The notes beneath the pieces are model-generated. The model saw nothing but the letters and a program-made list of their open reading frames with translations. It did no database searches and was not told where the DNA came from. DNA of 62,759 bases, the filler included, from Dugesia japonica (taxonomy: Eukaryota): the NCBI GenBank assembly GCA_001938525.1. It is 5 parts of 5 records of this genome, joined end to end, with 100 filler letters (N's around TTAATTAATTAA, not from the genome) between each part and the next. Parts side by side here need not be neighbours in the genome. Positions count along the whole stretch, not along the records: positions 49,600 to 62,759 come from MQRL01621738.1; 4 more parts are not named here. One strand, written 5' to 3'. The position numbers and the translations under genes were made by a program. Below are positions 61,330 to 62,759 of the stretch, one piece after another; position 1 is the first letter of the stretch, and every line of letters begins with the position of its first letter.

Positions 61330-62400
61330 CCAAATGTTTTTATTGGTTTTATTTTAGACGGATCAGTTCTAACACCACCCCTGCTAATTATGTGTCCAAG
61401 AAACTTGATTTTGCTTTGAAAAAACTGACACTTTTCTGAACTAATTCTTAGACCAGCCTTCATTATTTCCATCAATACACTTTAAATTACTTCATAGTGT
61501 TGATCTTTATTGTTCGTAAATATTAGGATGTCATCAAAATAAACCATAGCTCCATTGATTCCGCCTACCACTTTTGCCATCATCTCCTGAAATGTCTCTT
61601 GTTCAACTACGATGCTAAATGACATTCTTTTAAGACAATATTGTCCATGTTTCGTTGAAATCGCCGTTTTCTCTAGAGATTCTTATTTGAGCTCTACCTG
61701 ATAGTATGCGTTTTCCAAATCTATTGAACTGAAATATTTTGCTCCATCTAACCTGTCCAGCATTTCATCGATATTAAGCATCAAAAAGGTTTGTGTTTTC
61801 GTAACTGCATTCAGTTGCCTGAAATCCAAATATACTCATTTGTCCTTTTTCCAAACACAGATCAGTGGAGTATTCCATGAAGAGTTGCATTTCCGGATAA
61901 TGTTATTCTCGAAAACGTTTTATATAGCTTCTACAATTTTAGATTGTAAGTTCATTGCTTACCTATATGGTTTTACATTTATTGGTTCATCACTTGTGAT
62001 TATTTTGTGTCTTATCAGATGTGTGCGTCCTACATCCCATTTATCTGCCAAAAAATCATCTTCTTTACTTTCAGTTATTTTCAATGACCGTTGATCCTCT
62101 TTAATGTTCAAGATATTTAAAGCTCTTGTCAATCGCTCTCCATTTTTAGTTTGTCTTCCGAATTTTGCTTTAATATTACAAATGTAATTTTCAACTTTTT
62201 TATTTGCTTTGTTCCCAACTTCTTGCATAAGCTGGTATCCAAAACTCCTCTGCATAGCTAGTCCTCCTATCAGATCTGGTGTTACTCTTTCAGCAACTAA
62301 GAAGGTAATTTCTTTGCAAACTTCATCAATTATCACTCCAATTTTAACTTGTCCAACAATTTCAAGTGTACTATTATTTGCATAACGCAATCATTCTGTA
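61330..62400 (-). mobile_element. Ty3/Gypsy pol fragment (protease end + RT) truncating pPolB
   Basis: DLIGGL, HKIITSDEPINVKPYR, SSWNTPL, LDFRQLN, YFSSIDLENAYYQV, VYFDDILIF, FLGHIISRGGVRTDPSKI. Confidence 0.93.
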
Positions 62401-62759
62401 AGGTTACTGTTTTTATTTTTTTTGTTTGTTTTGGTCGGGAGTATATATATATGTATATATGTGTGTATGAATATATACACACATGTATTTAAAATAATAA
62501 TATAGAAAAATATAAGATATAAAAAAATCAATAAAAATATTGACAGAAAAATTGTTACTAAAAAATTTATATTCTTGGCAACCGATGAAATTTACATTTC
62601 TACTTTCCAACCAACAATTCAAGATTTAACAATAAAGATTCGGTCTAAGCTTATCAGATAATATTTGTTATTATATGGTGAAACGACATTCTTGTTGAAG
62701 AAGAATTGATTATAAAATAAAATCTTGGCAACCGCCAAAAGTTAGATTTTTGTAAAGGA

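Noticed and set aside
47810-62759. Polinton nested in a PGD intron
   Set aside because: An artificial linker at 49500-49599 separates them and no downstream PGD exon was found.

Overview
AT-rich, repeat-dense eukaryotic (animal-like) genomic DNA with very short spliceosomal introns (42-63 nt). The window is not one contiguous locus: four identical 100-bp linkers (44 N + TTAATTAATTAA + 44 N) split it into five segments (1-14799, 14900-24467, 24568-36067, 36168-49499, 49600-62759). Host genes: a complete 5-exon COX6B, the first four coding exons of 6-phosphogluconate dehydrogenase (with an ~8-kb TE-filled intron), the 3' exons of an unknown gene and a decayed histone H4. The rest is mobile DNA: Gypsy RT fragments, mariner, hAT and Merlin remnants, several MITEs, and Penelope-type minimal hammerhead ribozymes. 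Two things stand out. (1) A recurrent, divergent element family (at least 6 copies or fragments) with TGTT(G)...(C)AACA ends and a CCAAT/TATA promoter. It has no transposase or RT, but carries a colinear array of small conserved ORFs, each built as its own splice acceptor-ORF-AATAAA cassette; several seem to get their ATG only by splicing (A|TG). (2) A decayed Polinton/Maverick region (ATPase, integrase, capsids, pPolB) that also carries a TBP-like gene and small intron-containing genes. All assignments are by eye from motifs; no database searches were run.
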